Source of the DNA: Chloroflexota bacterium
GTDB lineage: Bacteria; Chloroflexota; Anaerolineae; Anaerolineales; UBA11858
Assembly (NCBI GenBank): GCA_016865865.1
Contig: VGOC01000006.1
Coordinates: 1-63,355, forward strand
DNA length: 63,355 nucleotides
Direction of reading: 5' to 3'
Below, piece after piece: positions 1 through 9,408 of this stretch (its first letter is position 1; each line of letters begins with the position of its first letter). A model generated the notes under the pieces. It saw only the letters and a program-made list of their open reading frames with translations, made no database searches and was not told the origin of the DNA. The position numbers and the translations under genes were made by a program.

Positions 1-36
1 TGGAGCAATCTTCTTGTGACATAAGGACCGCCTGCC

Positions 37-441
37 GTGCATATCGAAGCGAAAGCCTCACGTGAAAACCTGCCCGACATCTTATCGTCTATCGGGCAAG
101 CCTGTCACCGCTATCACATACCCAAGCAAACCCGCCTGGATTTGCAGCTGGCTGTCGAAGAAGCCTGTGTCAATATCATCGAACATGGCTACGCCGATTT
201 GCAGCCAGGGATGATCGAGATAGATTTTCGGCGTGAGGAGGATCGAATTTTTGTCGCTATTACGGATTTCGGCCATGAATTCGACCCCACAACTTACCCA
301 CCTCCAGACCGCTCTTCCGAATGGGACCAACGCCCTGTCGGCGACCTGGGGGTGTTTTTGCTATCAAGTTTGATGGATGATGTCCGTTACATCGGCAATC
401 CAGAACAAGGAAATCGGTTGGAGCTGATCAAAAATATCTGA
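37..441 (+). CDS. Anti-sigma factor Ser/Thr kinase (RsbW/SpoIIAB-like, HATPase_c_2)
   Basis: LAVEEACVNIIEHGY N-box, DFGHEFDP and GDLGVFL motifs; adjacent to a STAS gene. Confidence 0.9.
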   Translation: MHIEAKASRENLPDILSSIGQACHRYHIPKQTRLDLQLAVEEACVNIIEHGYADLQPGMIEIDFRREEDRIFVAITDFGHEFDPTTYPPPDRSSEWDQRPVGDLGVFLLSSLMDDVRYIGNPEQGNRLELIKNI

Positions 442-456
442 ACCTGGAGAACACCC

Positions 457-795
457 ATGAAAATTACTTCTATACGAAAGGCCGCTGCCACAGTTGTCCA
501 GATCGCTGGAAGTGTAGACTCGCTGACCAGCGAAGAAGCCCAATCTTTCTTCGATGCGCAGATTGGGAGCGATCATACACGCCTGGTGGCCGATCTCAGC
601 CAGGTAGAGTATTTGAGCAGCGCCGGGCTGCGAGTGCTGCTCTCCGCCATGAAAAGCACGCGCCAGCGCGGCGGCGATTTGTACCTCGCCGGGCTACAAG
701 AGAATGTCCGCCAGGTGCTCGATCTGGCCGGCTTTACCAGCATCTTCAAGATATTCTCAACGGTTGAGGAAGCGCTTGACGCTTTTCTCCCCTAA
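457..795 (+). CDS. Anti-sigma factor antagonist (STAS, RsbV/SpoIIAA-like)
   Basis: DLSQVEYLSSAGLRVL phospho-Ser motif; 112 aa; GGAG RBS upstream. Confidence 0.92.
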   Translation: MKITSIRKAAATVVQIAGSVDSLTSEEAQSFFDAQIGSDHTRLVADLSQVEYLSSAGLRVLLSAMKSTRQRGGDLYLAGLQENVRQVLDLAGFTSIFKIFSTVEEALDAFLP

Positions 796-837
796 ACCAG
801 TGACCGCCTCGACAATGTCACATAACAGACAGGATGT

Positions 838-892
838 CCGAAAATAGGGGGTGGCAGGGGCGCTCCGCACCCCTGCCACCCCCTATTTTCGG
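838..892. repeat. Long palindrome (26-bp arms, TCC loop), member of the GNA-hairpin element family
   Basis: ccgaaaatagggggtggcaggggcgc-tcc-gcacccctgccaccccctattttcgg, one mismatch. Confidence 0.9.
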
Positions 893-941
893 TAATTCTC
901 TCTACGATGTTGTTTGCCGTAGAGGTGAAGTTACAGAAAAC

Positions 942-3215
942 ATGGCTCAAACGCAAAGCAAACCAAAACTCGTGCTGCCCCACGAAAAAACGCCGTTGAT
1001 CCTCCTGTCTCTGATCTTCGTGCTTTTCAGAGCCGGCCTGGAGATCAGCGGTAACTTCGCCGAGGTGATCTACTTCCGCCGGGTGGGGGTCGAAAATCTG
1101 CCCCAGCTCTACTCCGCTGAACCCCTGGCCATGGTCTTCGTGCTGGTGATCTTTAGCCTGATCGCCGACCGCATCAACCGACATCAATTGCTTCTAATCC
1201 TCAACCTGACTTTCGCCGCCGCGCTCATCGCAGCCCGGTTTTTGATCCTCCTGGCGGACTGGCAACCGATCTATTTCATACTTTACATCTGCCAGCGCAT
1301 CTTTTTCGCGCTGCTGCCGCTGACATTCTGGTTATTGTGCAGCGACCTGTTCGACATCCGTCAGGCTAAACGCCTGTTCGTGTTGATCACGGCAAGTGGT
1401 CTGGTGGGGATTCTATTGGGCAACCTGTTGACCGGTCTGCTCTCGGGGATTTTTGCGCCCGAGGAGATTCTAGCCCTGACGAGCGGCTTCTTCGTTGCCA
1501 GCCTTGGGGTGGGCGCCTGGCTTTCGAGGAGATCTTTGCCGAAGAGCTTTGTCAAACCGAAAGTCTCCACCGATGCGAGCTTTTCCCCCGTCCTTCCACT
1601 CGATATCCTCAAACAGCCCTTCATCCAGTTTTTCGCGCTGCTCATCCTCATCACCGGCATATTGGAACCGGTCTGGCGTTACGAATTGAACGCCATCGCC
1701 GATCAATCTTTCGCCGCTGAGAGCAGCCTGATCGCTTTCTACGGTTATTTCAAAGGCGCAGCTGTTCTGGTGGTAGTGATCTTCCAGCTTTTTCTGGCGG
1801 GCAGGTTGATCGAGATAATGGGAGTCCCCTGGGCGATCAGCACCCATCCCCTGGGGCTGGTCGGTATTATGCTTTTGCTGGGATTCTATCCTGTGCTCTG
1901 GATGGCTGTTGCCAGTGTGGCTCTGATCGGCGTCGTGCGCGTCGGCCTCGATGAATCTGGGCGTAAGGCGATCGTGGGCATTTACCCGCAGCACGAGCGC
2001 GCGCGGGCGAGCACCTTCGAGCGCCAGATGACCTATTTGGGGATTTTTCTGGGGGGATTATTTCTGATCTGGGCGGTGGATCATCTCAGCCTGGCGCAAA
2101 TCAACTGGATTGCCGCGGCCTTCGCGTCCACATGGATTATCGCCTTCCCTCGCTTCCGGGCGCAGTACGCCCAGGCCTGTCTGCGGCGTGGACGCTCGCC
2201 GCTCGACGACGCCGATCTACCTCAGTCTGCACGCCAACGCGGTACGCGCACCCTCTCGAACAGGAGCAACTCGAATGCCGCTTCCCTGATCGCCGACCAA
2301 CTCGAATGCGCCGATCAACTGGCCGCATGGCGCAGCATCCCTCATGTCCAAAAATTGATCGCGGAACAACGCGCCGCGGCTGCCCGGTCATGTTTGTTCC
2401 TGTTGGAAAGCCTCTACCCGGCGGGTGATATGCGGGTAGCCGCGCGGTTGTTACGCAGCCCGGCCTCGGACGTGCGCGCCAATGGCCTGGAAGCGCTGGA
2501 TATCATCCTTCGCAGGCCGCAAAAAAACCGCCTGATGATGCTCTTCGAAAGCGCCTTTGTTGAGGGCGACGAGCAGCGGGAAGATCTTCCAGAAGCAGAG
2601 CTTGTGACGTTTTTCGGAGAGATGTCGTTATCGCTCGATCCGGAAGCGGCCTTTTGGGGGAAGGTGTGGAGGCTGCGTTCTGGCGAGGGTGAGTATGCCC
2701 CGCCTGGTTATGGCATACCTGCTGAGTTGACTGTCCCGCTGGCGGCGGCGATCTACCCAAAAACTGGAGGTGAAGCGATGGAACTGGCCGATAAGATTGA
2801 TGCCCTACGGGCGAGCGACGCCTTCGCCGCCTTGAGCGAAGCAGAATTGCGCATAATTGCGTTATGCGCCAGAGAAGCCTATTATCCCCCCGACGAGGTG
2901 ATCTTCGAGGAGGGGCAGCAGGGCCATGCTCTTTACATTATATTAGATGGGCATGTCGAGTTGGCTTCCGTGGAGGAAAAGAAGAGTCTCCAGGCGCTCG
3001 GCCCCGGCGGCGTTTTCGGCGAGCACGCCCTTTTCACCGAAGAGCGTTACCCCCTGACTGCGGTAACTATTTCGGATAGCCGCATGTTGATCCTGGAACG
3101 GGAGATGTTCCTGGAGTTGATCCAATATTATCCCAATATTGCATTGAGCCTGCTAAAAAATCTAGCCAAACGCTTCGAAAAGGCCACTGCGCTGCTGCAG
3201 AAGGTTTGGGTGTGA
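942..3215 (+). CDS. NTT/TLC-like MFS membrane protein with short HEAT-like region and C-terminal cNMP-binding domain
   Basis: About 12 hydrophobic segments with FWLLCSDLFDIRQAKRLF; VRANGLEALD HEAT-like segment; IFEEGQQGHALYII...GGVFGEHALF cNMP domain. Start moved to ATG 942 because the ORF's 5' extension runs through the palindrome. Confidence 0.8.
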   Translation: MAQTQSKPKLVLPHEKTPLILLSLIFVLFRAGLEISGNFAEVIYFRRVGVENLPQLYSAEPLAMVFVLVIFSLIADRINRHQLLLILNLTFAAALIAARFLILLADWQPIYFILYICQRIFFALLPLTFWLLCSDLFDIRQAKRLFVLITASGLVGILLGNLLTGLLSGIFAPEEILALTSGFFVASLGVGAWLSRRSLPKSFVKPKVSTDASFSPVLPLDILKQPFIQFFALLILITGILEPVWRYELNAIADQSFAAESSLIAFYGYFKGAAVLVVVIFQLFLAGRLIEIMGVPWAISTHPLGLVGIMLLLGFYPVLWMAVASVALIGVVRVGLDESGRKAIVGIYPQHERARASTFERQMTYLGIFLGGLFLIWAVDHLSLAQINWIAAAFASTWIIAFPRFRAQYAQACLRRGRSPLDDADLPQSARQRGTRTLSNRSNSNAASLIADQLECADQLAAWRSIPHVQKLIAEQRAAAARSCLFLLESLYPAGDMRVAARLLRSPASDVRANGLEALDIILRRPQKNRLMMLFESAFVEGDEQREDLPEAELVTFFGEMSLSLDPEAAFWGKVWRLRSGEGEYAPPGYGIPAELTVPLAAAIYPKTGGEAMELADKIDALRASDAFAALSEAELRIIALCAREAYYPPDEVIFEEGQQGHALYIILDGHVELASVEEKKSLQALGPGGVFGEHALFTEERYPLTAVTISDSRMLILEREMFLELIQYYPNIALSLLKNLAKRFEKATALLQKVWV

Positions 3216-3216
3216 G

Positions 3217-3300
3217 ACCCCCCTTTCATCCCCCCATTTGCGCCGTGGAATTCCGAAGAATCGGTCAATCAGCAGCGCAAATGGGGGGAACGAGGGGGGT
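3217..3300. repeat. Intergenic REP-like inverted repeat (C-rich/G-rich arms)
   Basis: acccccctttcatccccccatttgcgc ... gcgcaaatggggggaacgaggggggt. Confidence 0.75.
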
Positions 3301-3311
3301 GGAGGTGAACT

Positions 3312-4169
3312 ATGCTAAAAGATTCCGATCGAAAGAACTGCCTGGCCATTGTAATCGGTTCAGGGAGCGTCAAATGCGCCGCGGGTCTTGGGATGTATAA
3401 AGTGCTTCAGCGGGAAGGCATCCAGGTTGATCTGGCGGTGGGATGCAGCGGCGGCAGCCTGATCGCCACGGCCATTGCGATGGGGTATAGCGCTGCAGAG
3501 ATCGAAGAGATGATGCTCACCATCTGGAGGCGCGAGTTGCTATCGAAAATATACTTCCGCTCCCTGCTGCGCCTGGTCTTGCCACGCTGGTTTGGTTTCA
3601 ACGAGCGCTTCGGGCTGATAGACGACCGTCCGATCATGAATAGCCTGCAGGAAGTCTTCGGCGGAATCTCCATCGAAGATACGTTAATGCCCCTTTTTTT
3701 GATGGCAACCGATCTGTGGAGCGGGGAGAAAGTCGTCCTCGACCGGGGATCGTTGGTTGACGCCATTCGCGCCAGCATCGCCTCGCCGATTGTCTTCCGC
3801 CCCTGGAGGGTTGATGGTCGCCTGTTGATTGATGGCGCCATGTCCGACCCGTTGCCAGTGGATGTCGCCATCCGCGAAGGCGCCGGGGTCATTATGGCCA
3901 TGGGTTTCGAGAGTCCTTACCATGCCCGCCTCTCCTCGATCCTATCCATCGTGCTGCAAATGTCCAGCATCGCCAATAACAATTTGCTGCGCGCCAGCTT
4001 CGCCTTCTACAACCTGGCGCACCACGCCGAGATCATCCCCATCGTCCCGCAATTCAAGCAGCGCATTGATTTTGCCGACACGCATTTGATCCCCTATATC
4101 ATCGAGGAAGGCGAGCGCGCCGCCGAGGAGCACGTGCCATATCTGAAGTGCTTGTTTCAGAAGGCGTAA
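3312..4169 (+). CDS. Patatin-like phospholipase
   Basis: GSGSVK glycine loop, GCSGG nucleophile elbow, DGA catalytic Asp. Confidence 0.9.
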   Translation: MLKDSDRKNCLAIVIGSGSVKCAAGLGMYKVLQREGIQVDLAVGCSGGSLIATAIAMGYSAAEIEEMMLTIWRRELLSKIYFRSLLRLVLPRWFGFNERFGLIDDRPIMNSLQEVFGGISIEDTLMPLFLMATDLWSGEKVVLDRGSLVDAIRASIASPIVFRPWRVDGRLLIDGAMSDPLPVDVAIREGAGVIMAMGFESPYHARLSSILSIVLQMSSIANNNLLRASFAFYNLAHHAEIIPIVPQFKQRIDFADTHLIPYIIEEGERAAEEHVPYLKCLFQKA

Positions 4170-4180
4170 AACGTGATGCT

Positions 4181-4212
4181 TTTTACGTTTTACGTTTTAC
4201 GTTCTACGTTCT
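4181..4212. repeat. Heptamer tandem repeat (TTTTACG/TTCTACG)
   Basis: ttttacg ttttacg ttttacg ttctacg ttct at the gene junction. Confidence 0.85.
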
Positions 4213-4227
4213 CCCTCAGGCCATTCT

Positions 4228-5589
4228 ATGAACAACAAACTCACCTCACCTGTATTCGTTCTGCTGCTTCTCGCGACGCTGGCCGCCTGCCAGACCGAAA
4301 GTCTCCCCCTGGCTGCGCCCACCGCGCGCCCGACCAGCTTTTCACCCGCAACGGAAACAGTCATCGAAGCGCCCACCGACGCGCCGACTCCAGCGACGCC
4401 ATCCGCCGCTGAACCCAATCCCCTTGCCCAATTGATCGCTTTACAAGGCGCCGGGCGCTGGCGCGCCTCGGACGCCGTCGAATGGGATTGCGCCAGCATC
4501 GGTCAGGCCCTGGCGCTCGAAAACCAGGTGCTCACCGAGACGGATGCCAAAGCGGTCATCCAATATCTGGACGGCTTGCTGGTGCATGTGGCTCCCAAGA
4601 CGCTCTTCACGGTGACGGAATTACATCAGGCCGAGGATAACTCGCTCTGGGCGACGATCCGGCTGCTGGTCGGTCAGTTGTTCGTCTCCTATGTCGGCGA
4701 AGATGGATCCCAAATCCGCGTCGAGACGGAGGCCGGCATCGCCGGGGTGCGCGGCACGATGATGAGCGTCAAAGTGACGCTCTCCGGTCGGGTGATCCTC
4801 ACCTGCCTGGAAGGGGTCTGCACGCTGGAAAACGACTACGGCCTGATCGTGCTCCAGGCCGGGCAACAGGCCGAACTTCTCAACGCCAATACGCCCCCCG
4901 TCTTTCTGGGGGCTATCGCCAACTATCAATTCAACGAGTGGTTCGCCAATCATCCAGAAGCCCTGCTCGTAGCCCTGAACAATGGCCTGCTCGCCCCATT
5001 GCCGCCGGGCTGCTCTCTGGAGGAGAGTCTGTCTTGCCAGATCGAGTTGGATTGCGACCCCAATACCGGCGCAGGCTGCCAGCTCCCCGGGGGCTGTAAT
5101 CCCGTCACCGGGGAAGGCTGCGAACTGCCCGGCAGCTGCAACCCGGTCACCGGGGAGGGCTGCGGATTACCGGAGAGCTGTGATCCACTCAGCGGGGAAG
5201 GCTGCCAGCTCGGAACTGGCTGCAACCCTGTCAACGGGCAGGGTTGTGCGCAGCCCTTGAATTGCAATCCACTCACCGGGATCGGCTGCCAGCCTGGGGC
5301 GGAGTGCGATCCGCAAACCGGCCAGGGATGTGAACTCCCCTCGGGCTGCAATCCAATCACAGGTGAAGGTTGCGATTGCGAGGGGGGGATCGGTTGCGCA
5401 GGAGGCCCTTTCCCTGGCGGACAACCTGCTCCCGCAGATGTGCCGCCAGCGGACGCCCCCGGTAACGGCGACCTCCCCTCCGAGGGCGATATCCCAGGCA
5501 AAGGGGACATCCCCGGTGAGGGAGATGTCCCCGATGAGGTTGACATTCCTGACGAGGAAGATCTCCCTGCCATTCCGCCTCTTCCCTGA
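4228..5589 (+). CDS. FecR-domain lipoprotein with Cys-rich 14-aa repeats and acidic Pro-rich tail
   Basis: Lipobox LAAC; VETEAGIAGVRGT FecR motif; 8 copies of C(N/D)PxxGxGCxxxxx; 6 copies of GDIPxE-like hexapeptide. Confidence 0.8.
   Translation: MNNKLTSPVFVLLLLATLAACQTESLPLAAPTARPTSFSPATETVIEAPTDAPTPATPSAAEPNPLAQLIALQGAGRWRASDAVEWDCASIGQALALENQVLTETDAKAVIQYLDGLLVHVAPKTLFTVTELHQAEDNSLWATIRLLVGQLFVSYVGEDGSQIRVETEAGIAGVRGTMMSVKVTLSGRVILTCLEGVCTLENDYGLIVLQAGQQAELLNANTPPVFLGAIANYQFNEWFANHPEALLVALNNGLLAPLPPGCSLEESLSCQIELDCDPNTGAGCQLPGGCNPVTGEGCELPGSCNPVTGEGCGLPESCDPLSGEGCQLGTGCNPVNGQGCAQPLNCNPLTGIGCQPGAECDPQTGQGCELPSGCNPITGEGCDCEGGIGCAGGPFPGGQPAPADVPPADAPGNGDLPSEGDIPGKGDIPGEGDVPDEVDIPDEEDLPAIPPLP
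5053..5388 (+). repeat. Eight 42-bp coding repeats (C-[ND]-P-x-[TSN]-G-x-G-C)
   Basis: Seen in DNA and translation. Confidence 0.9.
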
Positions 5590-5595
5590 TATGCC

Positions 5596-7971
5596 ATGAA
5601 AAACAAATCTGCTGCCAAACCATCTCGCCATCCCCGGCTGCGTGCGGCGCTGCTCGCGCTGCTGATAGCGGCCCTGTTGCTGTCCATCGAGGCGGCTGGC
5701 CTCTTGCCCGGCGTGACCACTCCGATAGAAAAATTCGAGCTTGCCAGCGGCGATCAACGCTTCCGCCTGCGGGGCGCATTGCCGCTGGACGCCCCCATCG
5801 TGATCGTCGCCATTGACGACTTCTCCTTCAGTTGGAGCGGCTTACAATGGCCCTGGCCGCGCGACTATCTGGCGAAGGTCCTCGCCGCCCTCGACCAGGA
5901 TGGCGCGGCGGTGATCGGCCTCGACATCCTGCTTACCGAGCCTTCACCCGACCCGCTAGCCGATGAAGCTCTGGCTGCGGCTATCCGGCAGGCCGGAAAC
6001 GTGGTCAGCATCGGCCAGATCGTCTACGACGCCGAACATCACACTCAATCCCTGGTCGAGCCGCTGCCATTACTCCAAGACGCCGGCCTGGCCTGGGGCA
6101 TCTCGGGGATCCTGCGGGACGAGGATGTGGTCGCCCGGCGCATCCTGGCCTACGATCATTTCGTGGATAACGCCTATCGCCACTGGGGGTTCGAGTTGGC
6201 GCGCGCCTATTGGGGTGATTCCGCCCCCGCGGGGATTTCCGTCCCCTTGATAGGGAAGACAGATCAACAAGCTGTGATGTTGATCGCCTACCCGGGGCCA
6301 TATGGCAGCTTCGAGAGCGTCTCCGCCGCCCTGGTCGCCGAGGGGAAGTTCCCGCCTGGGACTTTCCGCGACAAGATCGCCCTCGTCGGCCCGACCAGCG
6401 AGAGCTTGCACGACACGTACGCCACGCCGTTTTCGTCCGAGCATCTGACGCCTGGCGTGGAGATCGTCGCGGCTACCGTAGCGATGGCGCTGGAAGGCCA
6501 TTATTTGCAGGCCGCGCCGCCCTGGTTTTCCGCCGCGCTGATCCTGGCCTTCCTGTTTCTGGCCTTGCTTTCGACGCGCATCTATAACGCCCAGAAAATG
6601 CTCTGGGGAAGTCTTGGGTTGGCGGCCGCCTATATCGTCCTTTGGTACTCGCTCTTTCTTTTCGGGCGAATAGAAACCCCTCTGGTGACGCCCACGCTTG
6701 CCATTTTATTGGTCGTCGGCTTGCCCGCCGGGGATAGCTTGCTCGCCCGGCAGGTGCGCTTCCGCCGCGTCCACGCCACGCTCAACCCGCTGCTGACCTC
6801 GGCCGGCGACCTGGATTCCCTGGCCGGACGCTTGCTCCCTGCGCTCGGTGAGCATTTCCAGTTTGCCGGCGTAGAACTGCTCTTTCGCAATTCCAAAAGG
6901 GACCAATACATTCACCCGGCTGCAACCGTACCCGCCGCCGGCCTGCCCGCCGACCATCCCGCGTTGAGTACCTGCGAGAATCGCCAACCCCAGACCGCGC
7001 CAGGCGCTCCGCTCTTTGTTGCAATCGCAGCGGCGTTTCCAGATATCGTTGCCGATGTGCTTTTCCCCTTGACCAACCCCGAAGGTCTACTGGCGATCTT
7101 GTGCCTGCGCCTGGCCCCCGGCGCGAATCGGGAAAGCGAGTTGGAACTGCTCGATCTGCTTGCCGCGCCTCTGGCTCTGGCCTTCGAGAACGCTTACCTG
7201 GTGGAAGAGAGCAAAAAGCAGGCGCGCACGACGCGTGAGTTGGAGATCGCCCGCCAGATCCAGTACAGTTTCCTCCCCTCCAGTTTTCCCCAGAGCAAAC
7301 ATTTCCAGATCGCGGCCTATTACCTACCCGCCCGACAGGTGGGCGGCGATTTCTACGATGTCATCTCCCTGCCGGGTGGCAAATTCGCCCTGGTAATCGC
7401 GGATGTCTCCGACAAGGGCGTGCCAGCCGCGCTGTTCATGGCGCTCTCGCGCAGTTACGTGCGCGTCTATTCCAATCCCAGTGGGAAGGCGTTCGACATG
7501 CCGTCGCTGGAGGCTGTACTGCAGGCGGTCAACGATTCCCTGGTCGAGGGCAACGAGAAGAACATGTTCGTGACGCTTTTCTACGCGGTATTCGATCCGC
7601 AAACCTGCTCCCTGCACTACGTCAACGCCGGGCACAACCCCCCGCTGCTGATTGAGCCGGGGGAAGGCCGGGCAAGTTTCATCAGCGGGAAAGGGCTGGC
7701 CCTGGGCGTTTTCGGCGGCGTGAACTTCGAAGAACACAGCCTAGCCCTAGAACGCGGGCAGGGGATCATCTTCTATACCGACGGCGTCACAGAGGCGCGC
7801 GGCCCGACTGGGGAAATCTACGGTGAAGAACGGCTGGTCAACGCGGCTGCTGCTGGCATTGGCCTGGAGGCGGAGGCGGCCGTCACCCACATCCGCCGCG
7901 ACCTGGAAGCCTTCGTCGCCGACGCCCCCCAAGCGGATGATATTTCACTGCTGGTGCTAAAGATCATCTAG
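5596..7971 (+). CDS. CHASE2 sensor - TM - GAF-like - SpoIIE/PP2C phosphatase (RsbU-like)
   Basis: IVIVAIDD...WPWPR and TPGVEI CHASE2 motifs; VGGDFYD, IADVSDKG, YTDGVTEA, QADDIS PP2C motifs. Confidence 0.92.
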   Translation: MKNKSAAKPSRHPRLRAALLALLIAALLLSIEAAGLLPGVTTPIEKFELASGDQRFRLRGALPLDAPIVIVAIDDFSFSWSGLQWPWPRDYLAKVLAALDQDGAAVIGLDILLTEPSPDPLADEALAAAIRQAGNVVSIGQIVYDAEHHTQSLVEPLPLLQDAGLAWGISGILRDEDVVARRILAYDHFVDNAYRHWGFELARAYWGDSAPAGISVPLIGKTDQQAVMLIAYPGPYGSFESVSAALVAEGKFPPGTFRDKIALVGPTSESLHDTYATPFSSEHLTPGVEIVAATVAMALEGHYLQAAPPWFSAALILAFLFLALLSTRIYNAQKMLWGSLGLAAAYIVLWYSLFLFGRIETPLVTPTLAILLVVGLPAGDSLLARQVRFRRVHATLNPLLTSAGDLDSLAGRLLPALGEHFQFAGVELLFRNSKRDQYIHPAATVPAAGLPADHPALSTCENRQPQTAPGAPLFVAIAAAFPDIVADVLFPLTNPEGLLAILCLRLAPGANRESELELLDLLAAPLALAFENAYLVEESKKQARTTRELEIARQIQYSFLPSSFPQSKHFQIAAYYLPARQVGGDFYDVISLPGGKFALVIADVSDKGVPAALFMALSRSYVRVYSNPSGKAFDMPSLEAVLQAVNDSLVEGNEKNMFVTLFYAVFDPQTCSLHYVNAGHNPPLLIEPGEGRASFISGKGLALGVFGGVNFEEHSLALERGQGIIFYTDGVTEARGPTGEIYGEERLVNAAAAGIGLEAEAAVTHIRRDLEAFVADAPQADDISLLVLKII

Positions 7972-8085
7972 CTTCCGTCCAACCTTCCCGCTGAGCCTGT
8001 CGAATTCCTCTGAGTCCGGCGGCTTGCCGCCGATTATAGGAGCAAGTCCCTGACTCTAAATCGCCATCGGTTATTCGGATAGGTT

Positions 8086-9390
8086 CTATGGCAATACCTT
8101 CTTGCTCACTTGCCGGGGTCTGAACTCCGGCAGCAGCGTGGAGCGGAAAATCCACAGGAAATAGATCACCGCGCCGATGAACAGCAATTCGGTCGCTTCC
8201 TCCCAGAAGGTCGCCCAGGCTAGCGCCTCGGCGTAGACCAGCCCCAGCGTCACGCGGAACAGCCCAAAGCCGAGAAAGCCCGCCCCGCTGCAGAAAAGCA
8301 GCCGCGCCAGCGGGTGGATCGTTACACTCGGATTACGCTGCATGATCATCAGCGCCAGGCCGAGTTGGGCGATCCCCGCCAGCGGACTGAAACGCGCCTC
8401 GAACCACTGGTGGACGAACGGGCGGATGTAGTAGTGTGTGACCGGGCCGATCTGCGTGTTGTAAGCCGTGTAACTGAAGGGCGCCAACATCGGGATGAGC
8501 GCCAGAATGACGAGGGCGATGACCGTGAACTGCGCCACCCGGCGCACGCCGCAGCGCGTCGGCTGATATTTGGCGCACGGCCCGCAGACCGGCAGCAGGG
8601 CGCACTGCCTGTCCGCCTCGCTGAAATGAACCAGGCGCCTATCCAACCCTTCCAGCAGCGCGCAGGCAGCCAGGCCAAAAGCCAGCGCCATACTGTAGGA
8701 GTGGAGATATTCGGCCAGGTACGAGTTATCCCTGAGAAAGATGTAGTTGACGGCGCAGGCGACCTCCCCGATCAGAAAGACCAGCAGCCCCCAGCCCAGC
8801 AGGCGCAAGTCGGCGGCTTCGAGGCGCAGCAGGAAAAAGGAGAGCGCACCGCTGAGCAGCATGTAGGTCGGCTTGATCAAGAGCATGGCCAGCGCCGCCG
8901 CGCCCTGTTCCGCCTCGGTCATCTCCCGGAAAGGTTCCTCCACCACCCCGCTGGCCAGTTCGAAGCGGCTGAAGGAGCTACCGGGATACTCTGGCCAGGC
9001 GCGGCCCCAATCCTGCATCCCGCCGCGCAGGCTGTAGGCGGTCACGCCCAACTTTGCGAGATGCCGGGCTGCCTGGGCGCTGCGCACGCCCGCATCGCAG
9101 ACCAGCAGCAGGGTCTTGCCCTGCAAATCCGGCGGCAGCTCATCAGCGGAGTCAATCTCCACTATCTGCTCCAGCGGTAGCGATAACGCTCCGGTGATGC
9201 GCCGCGCCTGGTATTCCTCCTGCGGGCGCGCATCCACCAGCGCCGCCCTATTGCTGGAACCATCCAGCATAGCCAGCGCCTCGGCCGCGTGAATCTGCGG
9301 CGCGCCGCCGAACACGGCGAAATACAGCACGAGGGGCAACAGGCCGAGGAGGCAGGTGCAGGTCATCGTGGTTTTCATTTCACTGGCCAC
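8086..9390 (-). CDS. Rhodanese-domain polytopic membrane protein
   Basis: LVDARPQEEY...ITGA, LVCDAGVRS active-site Cys, LRGGMQDW; about 7 TM helices with a CxxxxxCGPC...C cluster. Confidence 0.75.
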   Translation of the reverse strand: MASEMKTTMTCTCLLGLLPLVLYFAVFGGAPQIHAAEALAMLDGSSNRAALVDARPQEEYQARRITGALSLPLEQIVEIDSADELPPDLQGKTLLLVCDAGVRSAQAARHLAKLGVTAYSLRGGMQDWGRAWPEYPGSSFSRFELASGVVEEPFREMTEAEQGAAALAMLLIKPTYMLLSGALSFFLLRLEAADLRLLGWGLLVFLIGEVACAVNYIFLRDNSYLAEYLHSYSMALAFGLAACALLEGLDRRLVHFSEADRQCALLPVCGPCAKYQPTRCGVRRVAQFTVIALVILALIPMLAPFSYTAYNTQIGPVTHYYIRPFVHQWFEARFSPLAGIAQLGLALMIMQRNPSVTIHPLARLLFCSGAGFLGFGLFRVTLGLVYAEALAWATFWEEATELLFIGAVIYFLWIFRSTLLPEFRPRQVSKKVLP

Positions 9391-9408
9391 CCACCAGACG
9401 AGGTTTTT

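Noticed and set aside
834-941. N-terminal extensions in the ORF track (also 36103, 47647, 39844, 61142, 16070)
   Set aside because: They run through repeats, operators or neighbouring genes; downstream starts fit the protein families better
5053-5388. Cys-rich repeats as RiPP cores for the nearby radical SAM
   Set aside because: They lie in an exported lipoprotein in a different, convergent operon, and the rSAM lacks RRE/SPASM-type features
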